A stretch of 64,000 nucleotides of DNA, taken from an uncultured Chloroflexia bacterium (GTDB lineage: Bacteria; Chloroflexota; Limnocylindria; Limnocylindrales; CSP1-4). The translations under genes and the position numbers were made by a program. Shown in pieces: positions 37,789-47,580 of the stretch (its first letter is position 1; every line of letters starts with the position of its first letter). Location of the stretch: assembly GCA_963713975.1 (NCBI GenBank), contig OY970218.1, positions 1,664,001-1,728,000 of the forward strand, read 5' to 3'. The notes below the pieces were generated by a model. It made no database searches. It was not told the origin of the DNA and saw nothing but the letters and a program-made list of their open reading frames with translations.

Positions 37789-38052
37789 ATGTCCCAGGCA
37801 CTCGACCCACAATCCGACCCACGCCAGCCGATGGCCTACCAGATCCGCATCACGGGCCAGCTCGGTCGTGGGTGGGCGGACTGGTTCGAGGGCCTGACGA
37901 TCATGCTCGAAGGCGGCGACACGCTGATCACCGGCCTCGTGGCGGACCAGGCCGCGCTGCACGGGTTGCTCAAGAGCGTGCGTGACCTGGGAATGCCCCT
38001 GGTGTCGGTCACACCTATCGATCCCGAACCAAGAGACGGAGATGGAGCATGA
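37789..38052 (+). CDS. Small conserved hypothetical DQAALHG protein (copy 2)
   Basis: YQIRITGQLGRGWADWFEGL...DQAALHGLLKSVRDLGMPLVSV; GGAG SD; ATGA overlap with the next gene. Confidence 0.9.
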   Translation: MSQALDPQSDPRQPMAYQIRITGQLGRGWADWFEGLTIMLEGGDTLITGLVADQAALHGLLKSVRDLGMPLVSVTPIDPEPRDGDGA

Positions 38053-38777
38053 ACACGGAAACCGTTCACCTCGCACCGGCCCGGATGGCCAGGATCACGG
38101 GTGGCTTCTACCTCGCCTACATCGTGGCGTCCGTCCTTGCCACGATGCTCGGGCAGATCGGGCTTGGTACGGCGCCGCAGGTGTACCAGGCGATGGTGAC
38201 GAACGAGGCGTCGTTCCGCCTCGGCCTTGTGATCGCATTGACATCGGGGTTCCTCTTCCTGATGGTCGCCTGGGGTCTGTACGTCCTGCTGCGACCGGTC
38301 AACAGGAATCTGGCACTGCTGTTCCTGCTGCTCAACGCCGTGGGTGTCGCCATCACGGGCGCGAGCCTGTTGTCGCTGATCTCCGCGATGCTGCAGGGCG
38401 ACGGGGCGAGCCACATGCAGGCCTTCTCGGCGGCACAGCTCGAGGGGCTGGCGTACCTGTCGATCAACGTCTACAAGCTGGGCTTCGTCACGGCGCAGCT
38501 GTTCTTCGCCACGTGGCTGTTCCCGCTCGGCTACCTCGTCTACCGGTCCGGGATCCTTCCCCGGTTCCTGGGCGTCCTCCTGGTGCTCGACGGAGTCGCC
38601 GTCCTGGTCTGGTTCCTCCAGGCCCTGCTACTGCCGGACTACCCCGCGATCCACACCCCTGGGCTCGCGCTGAGCTTCGTCGCCGAGGTCGGGCTGGCGT
38701 TGTGGCTCCTCGTCATGGGCGTCAAGGTCGCTGGGCAGGAAGGCGCGTTCGGCCCGGCTCAGGCGCACCTCGCATGA
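38049..38777 (+). CDS. DUF4386-family membrane protein
   Basis: ARITGGFYL, FRLG, LYVLLRPVNRNLALL, FFATWLFPLGYLVYRSGILPRFLG, AEVGLALWLLVMG. Confidence 0.88.
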   Translation: MNTETVHLAPARMARITGGFYLAYIVASVLATMLGQIGLGTAPQVYQAMVTNEASFRLGLVIALTSGFLFLMVAWGLYVLLRPVNRNLALLFLLLNAVGVAITGASLLSLISAMLQGDGASHMQAFSAAQLEGLAYLSINVYKLGFVTAQLFFATWLFPLGYLVYRSGILPRFLGVLLVLDGVAVLVWFLQALLLPDYPAIHTPGLALSFVAEVGLALWLLVMGVKVAGQEGAFGPAQAHLA

Positions 38778-39940
38778 GACTGTTACGCAACCTCGCCCGA
38801 CGGCGGCTTCGGACCGCCCTGACCGTCAGCGGGATCACGATCGGCATCTGGGCCCTCGTGGTGTTCGGCTCGATGGCCGACAAGATCAGCTCGATCGTCG
38901 CCATGGGCAGCGACTACTACGCGGGCAAGATCGTCGTCACCGACAAGTCCGGTGGCACGTTCGCCGACGGCCCGATGGAGATCGCCCTGGTCGACGCCAT
39001 CGCCGCGATCGACGGGGTGGCCGCGGCCGTTCCGGGCGTCAGCACCCTCCTCGATCCCGAGTCGGCCGGCGGGCCGAGCATTCCGGACATGATCGTCGGC
39101 GTCCTGCCCGGTGCCGACCAGGGTCACCGGTCGTTCGATTTCCACTACGCGCAGGGTCGGGCGCTCAGCGCCGCAGACGCCGGCTCCCTCGTGGCCGTTC
39201 TCGGCTCCGACCTCGCCCGCAAGACGGGCAAGGGTGTCGGCGACACGCTCGAGATCCGGGGCATGGCGTTCGACATCGTCGGGATCCTCGAGCCGACCCT
39301 GACCGCCCCGGATACCACCGTCCTGGTGCCGCTCGCGGCCGCCCAGGAGATCTTCCTCGGGGACCTGCCGCCGGTCCTCCGCCAGGACCTTGCGGCGGAC
39401 CGGCTCGCGACCGATATCACGGTCTACCCCGACGAGGGGGCCGACGTCGATGCCCTTGCCTCGCGGATCGAGGCTGACATCCCGAACGCGTCGGCGATGA
39501 CTGCCACGGAGTTCGACGACGTCGTGGGTTCATCCGTCGCGATCTTCAACGCGATCATCGTCGGCGTGGCCCTCATCAGCCTGATCGTCGGCGGCCTGTC
39601 GGTGATCAACACCATGGCCATGTCGGTCGCCGAGCGGACCCGGGAGATCGGGATCAAGCGCGCGATCGGCGGTTCGCGGGCGCGTGTCATCCGCGAGCTC
39701 GTGAGCGAGGCCGGCCTGATCGGCCTGCTCGGGGGCCTGCTGGGGCTGGCCCTCGGCTCGGTGGTCGTCGTCCTCGCCAACGAGGCCGGACGGGGCTCGG
39801 GAACGATCCTCTTCCTGCTCACCCCGAAGACGGCGATCTTCGCGGTCGGCTTCTCGACCATCCTCGGCGTCGTCGCCGGGATCGTCCCCGCCTGGAACGC
39901 GGCGCGCCTCGATCCGGTCGCGGCCCTCCGCTACGAATAG
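38774..39940 (+). CDS. ABC transporter permease (MacB/FtsX family)
   Basis: RNLARRRLRTALT, INTMAMSVAERTREIGIKRAIG, PAWNAARLDPVAALRYE. Confidence 0.93.
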   Translation: MRLLRNLARRRLRTALTVSGITIGIWALVVFGSMADKISSIVAMGSDYYAGKIVVTDKSGGTFADGPMEIALVDAIAAIDGVAAAVPGVSTLLDPESAGGPSIPDMIVGVLPGADQGHRSFDFHYAQGRALSAADAGSLVAVLGSDLARKTGKGVGDTLEIRGMAFDIVGILEPTLTAPDTTVLVPLAAAQEIFLGDLPPVLRQDLAADRLATDITVYPDEGADVDALASRIEADIPNASAMTATEFDDVVGSSVAIFNAIIVGVALISLIVGGLSVINTMAMSVAERTREIGIKRAIGGSRARVIRELVSEAGLIGLLGGLLGLALGSVVVVLANEAGRGSGTILFLLTPKTAIFAVGFSTILGVVAGIVPAWNAARLDPVAALRYE

Positions 39941-39950
39941 GAGTCACAAC

Positions 39951-40691
39951 ATGGCGCTTCTCGAAGGGCGCGACCTGCGCAAGACGTACAAGCTCAGCCG
40001 CCGCAACGAGGTCCAGGCGCTGCGCGGCGTCGATGTCTCGATCGAGGCCGGCGAGCTGGTCGCGATCATGGGCCCGTCCGGATCCGGCAAGAGCACCCTG
40101 ATGCACCTGCTCGGGCTGCTCCACAGCCCGGACCAGGACCACAGCCCGGCGCCGGAGCTGTCGTTCGACGGTCGCGACGCGACACGCATGACGGACGCCG
40201 AGCGGACCCGGATCCGGGCCCGCGAGATGGGCTTCGTGTTCCAGCAGTTCAACCTGGTTCCGACGCTGACCGCAGTCGAGAACGTCATGCTCGCCGGCGA
40301 ATACGCCGGTCTCGGCCGGCGCGAGGCACGCGAGCGGGCGATGGCGCGCCTGGACATGGTCGGCCTGGCCGAGCGTGCGACTCACCACCCGTCCGAGCTG
40401 TCGGGCGGCGAGCAGCAGCGCGTGGCGATCGCCAGGGCGCTCGTCAACGACCCGGCGCTCGTTCTCGCCGACGAGCCGACCGGCAACCTCGACTCGCACC
40501 GGTCCGCGGAGCTCCTGGGCCTGATCCGGAGGCTCAACCGCGAGCACGGCCAGACGTTCGTGCTCGTCACCCATGACGCGGAGGTCGGAGCTGCGTGCGA
40601 CCGGATCATCCGGATGCGTGACGGCCTCGTCCAGGCCGTTGAGCTGGTCACCGAACCCACACCGGGCGACGCCTGGGATGCCGCCGCATGA
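39951..40691 (+). CDS. ABC transporter ATP-binding protein (LolD/MacB-like)
   Basis: [46 protein letters not shown]. Confidence 0.96.
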   Translation: MALLEGRDLRKTYKLSRRNEVQALRGVDVSIEAGELVAIMGPSGSGKSTLMHLLGLLHSPDQDHSPAPELSFDGRDATRMTDAERTRIRAREMGFVFQQFNLVPTLTAVENVMLAGEYAGLGRREARERAMARLDMVGLAERATHHPSELSGGEQQRVAIARALVNDPALVLADEPTGNLDSHRSAELLGLIRRLNREHGQTFVLVTHDAEVGAACDRIIRMRDGLVQAVELVTEPTPGDAWDAAA

Positions 40692-40711
40692 CGACTCGAA
40701 GGGAGCACACG

Positions 40712-41230
40712 ATGTCAGAACCGTCGAAGCAGTCCACGTCCCTGCCGCCGCGCTGGTTCATCCGCTCGTTCTGGGCGGGCCAGCGGGCCGTCTATTCCGT
40801 CACGGGCGGCCGGCTCGGCCTCCGCCGGGCGACCGCCACGCAGTGGGGCATGCTGCGCCTGCGGACGGTCGGGCGCCGCAGCGGCGAGGAGCGGGTGGCC
40901 ATCCTCGGCTACTTCGAAGACGGGACCGACCTGGTCACGATGGCCATGAACGGCTGGGCCGATGCCGAGCCCGCCTGGTGGCTCAACCTGCAGGCGCAAC
41001 CCGACGTCTTCGTCGACCTGCCCGGTGGGTCGCGCGCCGTCCACGGACGTGCCGCGAACCCGGACGAGCGGCCGCGCCTGTGGGCCATTCAGGCCACCTA
41101 CGACAAGGGCCTCGACGCCTATGCCGCGCGGCGATCGCGGGAGACCGCGGTCGTCATCCTGTCGCCCCGACCCGATCGCGGCCCCGCGAGCGGAGGGCGA
41201 TCCTCGGGCGAACGCCGTCCGACGCCGTGA
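40712..41230 (+). CDS. Deazaflavin (F420)-dependent nitroreductase family protein (Ddn/FDOR-A)
   Basis: [45 protein letters not shown]; AAGGGAG SD. Confidence 0.9.
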   Translation: MSEPSKQSTSLPPRWFIRSFWAGQRAVYSVTGGRLGLRRATATQWGMLRLRTVGRRSGEERVAILGYFEDGTDLVTMAMNGWADAEPAWWLNLQAQPDVFVDLPGGSRAVHGRAANPDERPRLWAIQATYDKGLDAYAARRSRETAVVILSPRPDRGPASGGRSSGERRPTP

Positions 41231-41324
41231 GTCGCGATGGGCAGTTGGGACAGGAGCATCGCAGCTCCAATCATCATGCTCCAGCTCAACCCCGACCTGG
41301 CGGCCGGGCACCAGGGCCGCTGAC

Positions 41325-42086
41325 ATGATCGAGCCGCGCAAGCGCCGACGGCTTGCGATCGTTGTCGGGGTGCTGTTCCTGGTCGCGGTCGTCGCGGGCC
41401 AGGCCACCGCCTTCCTGTCCCAGTCCCTGCGCGACAGCTCCGATCGCATCGACCTGCTCCCGGGCCACGCGACGGAGTTGGCCTGGGCCGCGCTCTTCAT
41501 CTGCGTGATGGGTGCCGCTGGCGTCGGAACCTCCGTCGCGTTCTATCCCATCCTCCGCCAGCGGAACGCGAACCTGGCCATCGGGTCCATCGCGTTCAGG
41601 GCGGCCGAAGCGGTCATGTGTATCGCCTGCGCCGCGACCCTGTTGTTGATCGGCGACCTAAGCCAAGTGCCCGTGGGCGCCGCCGCCCCCGACTGGGACG
41701 GCAACGGGGCAGGGCCGCTCATCGACCTCTTCAACCAGCTCTACCTCTTCGGCCTGCTGGCCTTCGGCATCGGCGCCGTGTGCTACTCCTGCGCCCTCTT
41801 CCGGTCGCGGATCCTTCCCCGCTGGCTGTCCGGCCAGGGACTCTTCGCATCGGTTCTGTGGACCGGCGGCATCTCGTGGGCCATCGTTGCCCACGGCCAG
41901 GAGGTCACCTTGTCCCAGATGCCGCTCCTCCTGAACGAGCTGGTCCTGGCGGCCTGGCTCATCTCCCGGGGCTTCGGCTCGCCCCGGCCGGCATTGGCCT
42001 CGTCACCGGCCCTTGCGGTCCCTTCGCCGGCCCACGCGGCTGGACGCCTGGAGCCGGGACCATCGCCCGTGGGGGACATGGCATGA
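41325..42086 (+). CDS. DUF4386-family membrane protein
   Basis: VGVLFL, FYPILRQRNANLAIGSIAFRAAE, LFRSRILPRWLS, PLLLNELVLAAWLISRGF. Confidence 0.82.
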   Translation: MIEPRKRRRLAIVVGVLFLVAVVAGQATAFLSQSLRDSSDRIDLLPGHATELAWAALFICVMGAAGVGTSVAFYPILRQRNANLAIGSIAFRAAEAVMCIACAATLLLIGDLSQVPVGAAAPDWDGNGAGPLIDLFNQLYLFGLLAFGIGAVCYSCALFRSRILPRWLSGQGLFASVLWTGGISWAIVAHGQEVTLSQMPLLLNELVLAAWLISRGFGSPRPALASSPALAVPSPAHAAGRLEPGPSPVGDMA

Positions 42087-42988
42087 CGGCCGTGATCGAA
42101 GTCGACCGGCTCGTGAAGCGCTACGGTGATTTCACGGCCGTCCGTGACGTCTCGTTCAGGGTCGAGGATGGGGAGATCTTCGGCATCCTCGGGTCGAACG
42201 GATCGGGAAAGACCACCACGGTCGAGAGCCTGCAGGGTCTGCGGAGCATCGAGGGCGGCTCGGTGTCCGTGCTGGGGTTGGACCCTTCGACCCACGCCCA
42301 GGAGATCCGGCGGCGGGTCGGCTCCCAGCTGCAGCAGTCCGCGCTCCCCGACCGCATCAAGGTCTGGGAGGCCCTCGAGCTCTTCAGCTCGATATCGAGT
42401 CGAGGGCCCTCATGGCGCTCGGTTCTGGCTGACTGGGGACTGGACGAGAAGAGGAATGCCAGGTTCGGCAGCCTCTCGGGAGGCCAGCAGCAGCGGCTGT
42501 TCATCGCCCTGGCCCTGGTGAATGACCCGCAGGTCGTGTTCCTCGATGAGATGACCACCGGGCTCGACCCGGCGTCGCGTCGCGTGGCCTGGGACCTCAT
42601 CCGCAGGGTGAGGGATCGCGGCACGACGGTCGTGCTCGTGACCCATTTCATGGACGAGGCCGAGGTCCTGTGCGACCGGCTCGTGGTCATCAACCAGGGC
42701 GTCGTCGTGGCCGGCGGGACACCGGGGGAGCTGATCGACCGGCTTGGCGGCGGGGTTCGCGTCAAGTTCACCCTGGACGGTGAGGAGCCGAGATGGCTCG
42801 CCCAGGTGCCCCATGTGCGTGGCTGGACAAGGGATCGGAACCGCTACGAGGTCATCGGCAGCGGGCCGGTCCTTGCCCATGTCGCGGCTGCCCTGGTCGC
42901 GCATGGTGATCCTCCCGCCGATCTCCGCCAGGAGCGGGCAACGCTCGAGGACGTCTTCCTGCAGCTCGCCCAGGGAGCCGTGTCGTGA
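42083..42988 (+). CDS. ABC transporter ATP-binding protein (DrrA-like exporter)
   Basis: GSNGSGKTT, LSGGQQQR, LDEMTTGLD, VTHFMDEAE, TLEDVFL. Confidence 0.96.
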   Translation: MTAVIEVDRLVKRYGDFTAVRDVSFRVEDGEIFGILGSNGSGKTTTVESLQGLRSIEGGSVSVLGLDPSTHAQEIRRRVGSQLQQSALPDRIKVWEALELFSSISSRGPSWRSVLADWGLDEKRNARFGSLSGGQQQRLFIALALVNDPQVVFLDEMTTGLDPASRRVAWDLIRRVRDRGTTVVLVTHFMDEAEVLCDRLVVINQGVVVAGGTPGELIDRLGGGVRVKFTLDGEEPRWLAQVPHVRGWTRDRNRYEVIGSGPVLAHVAAALVAHGDPPADLRQERATLEDVFLQLAQGAVS

Positions 42989-43722
42989 AGCTGCTGCTGC
43001 GACTGACCTGGCTCGAGCTCAAGCTGTTCCTGCGCGAGCCGCTGACCGTGCTCTTTGCCCTGGTGCTCCCGCTCATGATCCTGTTCGTGATGGGCGGGGT
43101 GTTTGGCAACCAGGCGAACCCGGGCCTCTACCGGGGGGTCGGCGCAATGAACTACTACGTGCCCGCCTACATCGCGCTGGTGACCGCATCCGTGGGGTTG
43201 ATCAGCCTCCCGACGCAGCTCGCCGGCTACCGTGAGCGCGGCGTGCTCAAGCGGTATCGCGCCTCCTCGATGCCGGCAGGCGTGATCCTCGGCGCCCAGG
43301 TGGCCGTGACGCTCGTGATCTCGATCCTGAGCGCGGTGACCCTCGTCCTGGCGGCGCTGCCCGCCTACGACGCCGTGACCCCTCGGTCGGTCCCCGTGGT
43401 GCTCGCGGGCTTCGTGCTGGTCGCCTTGTGCTTCTCGGGGATCGGCGTGGTGCTCGCCGCGCTGGTTCCCTCGTCCCGGGCAGCGCAGGCGCTCGGGGTG
43501 ATGGTGTGGTTTGTGCTGCTCATGGTCGGAGGTGCCGGTCCTCCGCCGGAGGTGCTGAGCGGTGCGATGGGGACGGTCGGCGACCTGACGCCGCTCCGGC
43601 ATGCGGTGTGGGTGATGCAGGACGGCTGGTTGGGTCTGGATCCGGGCTACTCATGGGCAGTCCTCGCGCTCCTGACCCTGGTCTGCGCCGTGGTCGCGGT
43701 CAGGTACTTCCGCTGGGAGTAG
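42985..43722 (+). CDS. ABC-2 type permease
   Basis: ELKLFLREP, YRERGVLKR, LTPLRH, RYFRWE; six TM helices. Confidence 0.93.
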   Translation: MKLLLRLTWLELKLFLREPLTVLFALVLPLMILFVMGGVFGNQANPGLYRGVGAMNYYVPAYIALVTASVGLISLPTQLAGYRERGVLKRYRASSMPAGVILGAQVAVTLVISILSAVTLVLAALPAYDAVTPRSVPVVLAGFVLVALCFSGIGVVLAALVPSSRAAQALGVMVWFVLLMVGGAGPPPEVLSGAMGTVGDLTPLRHAVWVMQDGWLGLDPGYSWAVLALLTLVCAVVAVRYFRWE

Positions 43723-43806
43723 TCAGGGCGCGTGTAGGCCAGACGGGCGCTGGCCGGCGGGAACGAGCTGACCTCGGGCGAACGCGCCCTTGATCGCGTG
43801 GTCGTC

Positions 43807-44196
43807 CTAGCTCGTGGTGGCGACGGTCGGGCCCGGCTCGCGCCGGGGGAAGAAGGCGAACAGGTTCACGGCCGCGATCGCGACGACCAATCCGACCTGG
43901 ACAGCCGCCGGCCAGTCCGTGCCCAGGATCCAGAGTCCGGCCATGAGCGGCAGGAACAGCAGCCATGCCAGCAGCTGGACCGGAAGCGGGAGGGCCGTGA
44001 TGGTGGTCCACGTGGCGTCCAGCACGCCTGGATCGGCGACCAGGGCCACGAAGAAGCCGAGCCACAGGATGGCGAAGGCCAGCCACAGGAGCCCGGTCTC
44101 CACGAGCACGGGAATGATCCCCGTGACCGGGACGATCACGAAGTTGACGAAGTGGTCGATGCTGCCGACCACGACCTTGTCGAAGATGCCTGCCAT
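43807..44196 (-). CDS. Small membrane hypothetical protein
   Basis: AGGAG SD; LDATWTTITALPLPVQLLAWLLFLP...LWI...W; divergent from tetR. Confidence 0.75.
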   Translation of the reverse strand: MAGIFDKVVVGSIDHFVNFVIVPVTGIIPVLVETGLLWLAFAILWLGFFVALVADPGVLDATWTTITALPLPVQLLAWLLFLPLMAGLWILGTDWPAAVQVGLVVAIAAVNLFAFFPRREPGPTVATTS

Positions 44197-44272
44197 GTCT
44201 CCTGATCCTTCGACCCTGCCCGAGGACGCGATGGCCGGGTGCTCCACGGACCGCGGTTGCGGTCACTGCATG

Positions 44273-44303
44273 TACGCTGTAGTATAGACATACATCGTAT
44301 ATG
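44273..44303. promoter_or_regulatory. Paired TAC-N3-GTA TetR operators in an AT-rich divergent promoter
   Basis: TACGCTGTA (44273-44281) and ATACATCGTAT (44290-44300) between the divergent genes. Confidence 0.6.
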
Positions 44304-44324
44304 GTTGTAAAGAGGGATCGCCAT

Positions 44325-45065
44325 ATGACCTCGGATCGACGTCACGCGCCGGGTCCCGCTCCCGACCCGGGACTACCGGTGCCGCCGTGGGGGACACCGG
44401 TCCGTCGCCGGCCGAGACGTGGTCCGCGCCAGCCGCTCGACCGGGAGCGCATCGTCACGCGGGCGCTCGAGATCATCGACGCGGACGGGATCGGTGCCCT
44501 CTCGCTGCGCCGGCTCGCCGACGACCTGGGCGTGACCCCGATGTCCCTCTACTGGCACGTGGCTGACAAGGCGGAGCTGCTCGAGCTTGTGGGTCACGCC
44601 GTCCTGGCCGAGATCGTGATCCCGGAGCGGATCGGCGGGTGGAAGGACCAGCTGCGCGACGTCCACCGGGCGATGTTCGCGACCTTCCTCAAGCACCGGA
44701 ACACCGTGGACATCCTCGTGGGTCGCGCCCGCTTCGGCGCGGGCGGCCTGGCGGCGTTCGAGCGGATCCTCGCCATCCTGCTCGACGCGGGCTTTACGCC
44801 GGATGCCGCCTTCGACGCCTACCAGTCCCTGTACATGTTCACGCTGGGCTACATGACCATGGCGAACCGGACGCCCGAGTTCATCGAGGGCCAGCGCCAG
44901 GGCGCCCTGTACATGGCGACCCTGCCGGTCGCGGTCTATCCCTCGATCCGTGCCGTGGGGCCGGTGATCGGTCGGCGACCCTCCGCGGAGGGGCTCGAGA
45001 TCGGCCTCGATGTGGTCATCGAGGGCATCGCCGCCCGCCTCGCCCCATCGAGCCGCGACGCCTGA
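44325..45065 (+). CDS. TetR/AcrR family regulator with TetR_C-type domain
   Basis: LDRERIV..ALEIIDADGIGALSLRRLADDLGVTPMSLYWHVADKAEL. Confidence 0.93.
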   Translation: MTSDRRHAPGPAPDPGLPVPPWGTPVRRRPRRGPRQPLDRERIVTRALEIIDADGIGALSLRRLADDLGVTPMSLYWHVADKAELLELVGHAVLAEIVIPERIGGWKDQLRDVHRAMFATFLKHRNTVDILVGRARFGAGGLAAFERILAILLDAGFTPDAAFDAYQSLYMFTLGYMTMANRTPEFIEGQRQGALYMATLPVAVYPSIRAVGPVIGRRPSAEGLEIGLDVVIEGIAARLAPSSRDA

Positions 45066-45084
45066 TCCATCCCGCAGGCCCGGG

Positions 45085-46104
45085 TCAGGGGACGATCACC
45101 GCCTTGTGGCAGCGCTCATCGCGCTGGACCGCGTCCAGCGCATCCCCGAACCGGTCGAGCGGGAACCGGTGGGTGATGATCCCCTCGGTCCGGACGCGCC
45201 CGCTCCGCAGCATCGCGATGGCCTGCGGGAACGAGCTCACCTGGGCAAACGAGCCCTTGATCGAGAGCTCGCGGCGGTAGATCTCGTAGGGGCTGACGGA
45301 GATCCGGTCGTCCTGGTTCGTGACCCCGTACACAAGGACCGTTCCGCGATCCCTGGCCAGCCCGATGCACTGCTGCGTGACGGCAGCCGCGCCGGTCGCA
45401 TCGACGACGACGTCGAAGCCATCCGGCGCCAGGCGCCGGACCGCCTCGGCGCCGGCCGACGGGTCCTCGCGGTCGACGAGGACCGTGTTGTCCACGCCGA
45501 ACGATCGCGCCAGCTCGAGCTTGTAGGCGGTCGGGGCCGCCACGGTGAGCCGGCTCGCACCGCCATGGAGCATGAGCTGGGCGAGGATCAGCCCGGTCGG
45601 CCCGGCACCGAACAGCAGCACGTCGGATCCGGGACGGAGCTCGAGCTGGTCCATGCCGTGCATGGCACACGCGGTCGGCTCGGTCATGACCGCGACCTCG
45701 ACCGGCAGGTCATCGACGGGAAACACGTTCGCCGCGGGTGCCAGCATGAGCTCGGCGAAGCCACCCGGCGCGTTGACCCCCAGGCAGTGGAGGTTCCGGC
45801 ACAGCAGCGGGTAACCTCGCCGGCAGGAGTCGCAGGTTCCGCAGCCCCAGTTGCCGTTGACGGCGACCCGCGTGCCGACCTCGATCCCCTCGACGTCCGG
45901 CCCGATCGCATCGACGACGCCCGTGGGCTCGTGACCGGGCGTCAGCGGGTAGGACGAGAAGAACCGCCCGTAGTGGATGTGGACGTCGGTCCCGCAGACG
46001 CCGGTCATCTCCAACCGGACCCGCACCTCGCCTGGTCCGGGCTCCGGTGTCGGGACGTCAGCGACCTCGAACTCCGCCGGGCGGCGGTAGACCACGGCCT
46101 TCAC
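45085..46104 (-). CDS. Zinc-dependent alcohol/polyol dehydrogenase (MDR family)
   Basis: GVCGTDVH, PGHEPTG, CGTCDSC...C structural Zn site, FGAGPTG; GTG start overlaps the upstream stop. Confidence 0.95.
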   Translation of the reverse strand: MKAVVYRRPAEFEVADVPTPEPGPGEVRVRLEMTGVCGTDVHIHYGRFFSSYPLTPGHEPTGVVDAIGPDVEGIEVGTRVAVNGNWGCGTCDSCRRGYPLLCRNLHCLGVNAPGGFAELMLAPAANVFPVDDLPVEVAVMTEPTACAMHGMDQLELRPGSDVLLFGAGPTGLILAQLMLHGGASRLTVAAPTAYKLELARSFGVDNTVLVDREDPSAGAEAVRRLAPDGFDVVVDATGAAAVTQQCIGLARDRGTVLVYGVTNQDDRISVSPYEIYRRELSIKGSFAQVSSFPQAIAMLRSGRVRTEGIITHRFPLDRFGDALDAVQRDERCHKAVIVP

Positions 46105-47540
46105 CGGCGGCCTCCGAGGATGGTCGGGTCGATACGGCGTGGGAGCCACTGGCCGAGCGCCGGGCTCCCGACGAGCCGGCCGTCCTCCACCACGACCTGG
46201 CCGCGGAGGATCGTCATCGTGGGCCACCCGCGCACATGCCAACCCTCCCAGATGCTGTAGTCGCCGTCGTGGTGGAGATCGTCGAGGCGGATGTCCCGCT
46301 CCACGTCCGGATCCCAGATCGCCAGGTCGGCATCGCTGCCGGGTGCGATCACGCCCTTCCGCGGGTAGAGGCCCAGGAGCCGGGCCGGATTGGTCGCGAA
46401 GACATCGACGAAGCGGCGCAGGGACAGCCGGTTCGCGGCGACGCCCTCCGAGTACGCGATCATCCCCCGGGTCTCGATGCCGGCATGGCCGCCACACGCG
46501 GTCTCGACCGTCCGGCCCGCGGTCTTCACCGCGTAGCTCGTGGTGTACTCATCCGTGGCCACCACGTCGATCGGGCCTGCCGCCAGGCCGTCCCATAGCG
46601 CCTGGCGGTCGTCGGCGGTCTTGAGCGCGGGGTAGGTCTGCACCTTGCCCCCGTCGGGACTGCGATAGTCGTCCGCCGTGAAGCACAGGTAGTTGTGGAG
46701 CACCTCCCCGTAGGCGGGCACGCCGGCGATCCTGGCATCCTCGATGGCCCGCACCCCCGCCCGACCGGTCACGTGCACGAAGTAGACGGCGGCGCCGGCC
46801 TCCTGCGCGAGCCGCGTGACCCGCCGGAACGCGAGCTCCTCGGACAGGCTGCTGTGGACGAGATGGAGGTTGAACCACTCGTCGCGCCGTTCGGCGCGGA
46901 GCCGGGCCTCCATGTAGGTCACGAGCTCGTCCTCCTCCGCATGGACGAGGAGCATCCCCCCACGCTCCGCCAGGGCGGTGAAGACCTCGAGCATCGGCCC
47001 TGCGTCCATCTTGACGCCGGCCTGGGCGCTCGTGACACACGTGGTGAACGCCTTGAACGTGGGGATGCCCTGCTCGATCGCCTCGCCCAGGGCGCCGATC
47101 ACGTTCGCGCCGACATTGCCCACCAATGCCGGGTGGAACGTGAAATCGACATACGAGTGCCCGCTGAACACGTTCGTCCGGTCCTCGACCGCGAGGACCG
47201 GGTGGAACTCCTCGCGCGCATGGACCCCCATGAAGGCAAACGATGCGACAGTGGTCGTGCCACCGAACGCGGCCGCACGCGTGGCCGCATCCGGGGACTG
47301 CAGCCAGACCTCCTCGCCGCGTGTCCAGCCGCGGTGCGCGGGCTCCGCGATGTGCGCGTGCGCCTCCACTCCCCCGGGCAGCACCAGCTTCCCGGTCGCA
47401 TCGATGGTGCGGCGGGCCTCGACGGCCACGGCACCTGGCTCCGCCAGGAAGGCGATCCGGCCGCGGTCGATCCCGACGTCGAGACTCGCCACATGGTCCG
47501 CCGCCACGACGAGCCCGCCACGAACCAGCAGGTCGATCAC
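46101..47540 (-). CDS. Dihydropyrimidinase/hydantoinase-like cyclic amidohydrolase
   Basis: PGGVEAHAH, AAFGGTTT, TFKAF, VHAEE, YFVHVT, VATD, NPARLLGLYPRKGVIAPGSDAD; GGAGG SD. Confidence 0.9.
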   Translation of the reverse strand: MIDLLVRGGLVVAADHVASLDVGIDRGRIAFLAEPGAVAVEARRTIDATGKLVLPGGVEAHAHIAEPAHRGWTRGEEVWLQSPDAATRAAAFGGTTTVASFAFMGVHAREEFHPVLAVEDRTNVFSGHSYVDFTFHPALVGNVGANVIGALGEAIEQGIPTFKAFTTCVTSAQAGVKMDAGPMLEVFTALAERGGMLLVHAEEDELVTYMEARLRAERRDEWFNLHLVHSSLSEELAFRRVTRLAQEAGAAVYFVHVTGRAGVRAIEDARIAGVPAYGEVLHNYLCFTADDYRSPDGGKVQTYPALKTADDRQALWDGLAAGPIDVVATDEYTTSYAVKTAGRTVETACGGHAGIETRGMIAYSEGVAANRLSLRRFVDVFATNPARLLGLYPRKGVIAPGSDADLAIWDPDVERDIRLDDLHHDGDYSIWEGWHVRGWPTMTILRGQVVVEDGRLVGSPALGQWLPRRIDPTILGGRR

Positions 47541-47580
47541 GTTCCGCCTCCCCGCTTGGCACGAACATGCCGTCCGGCCG

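Noticed and set aside
41237-41323. 28-codon ORF MGSWDRSIAAPIIMLQLNPDLAAGHQGR ending 1 nt before the DUF4386 start
   Set aside because: Could provide translational coupling, but has no clear SD or homology, so it cannot be supported.
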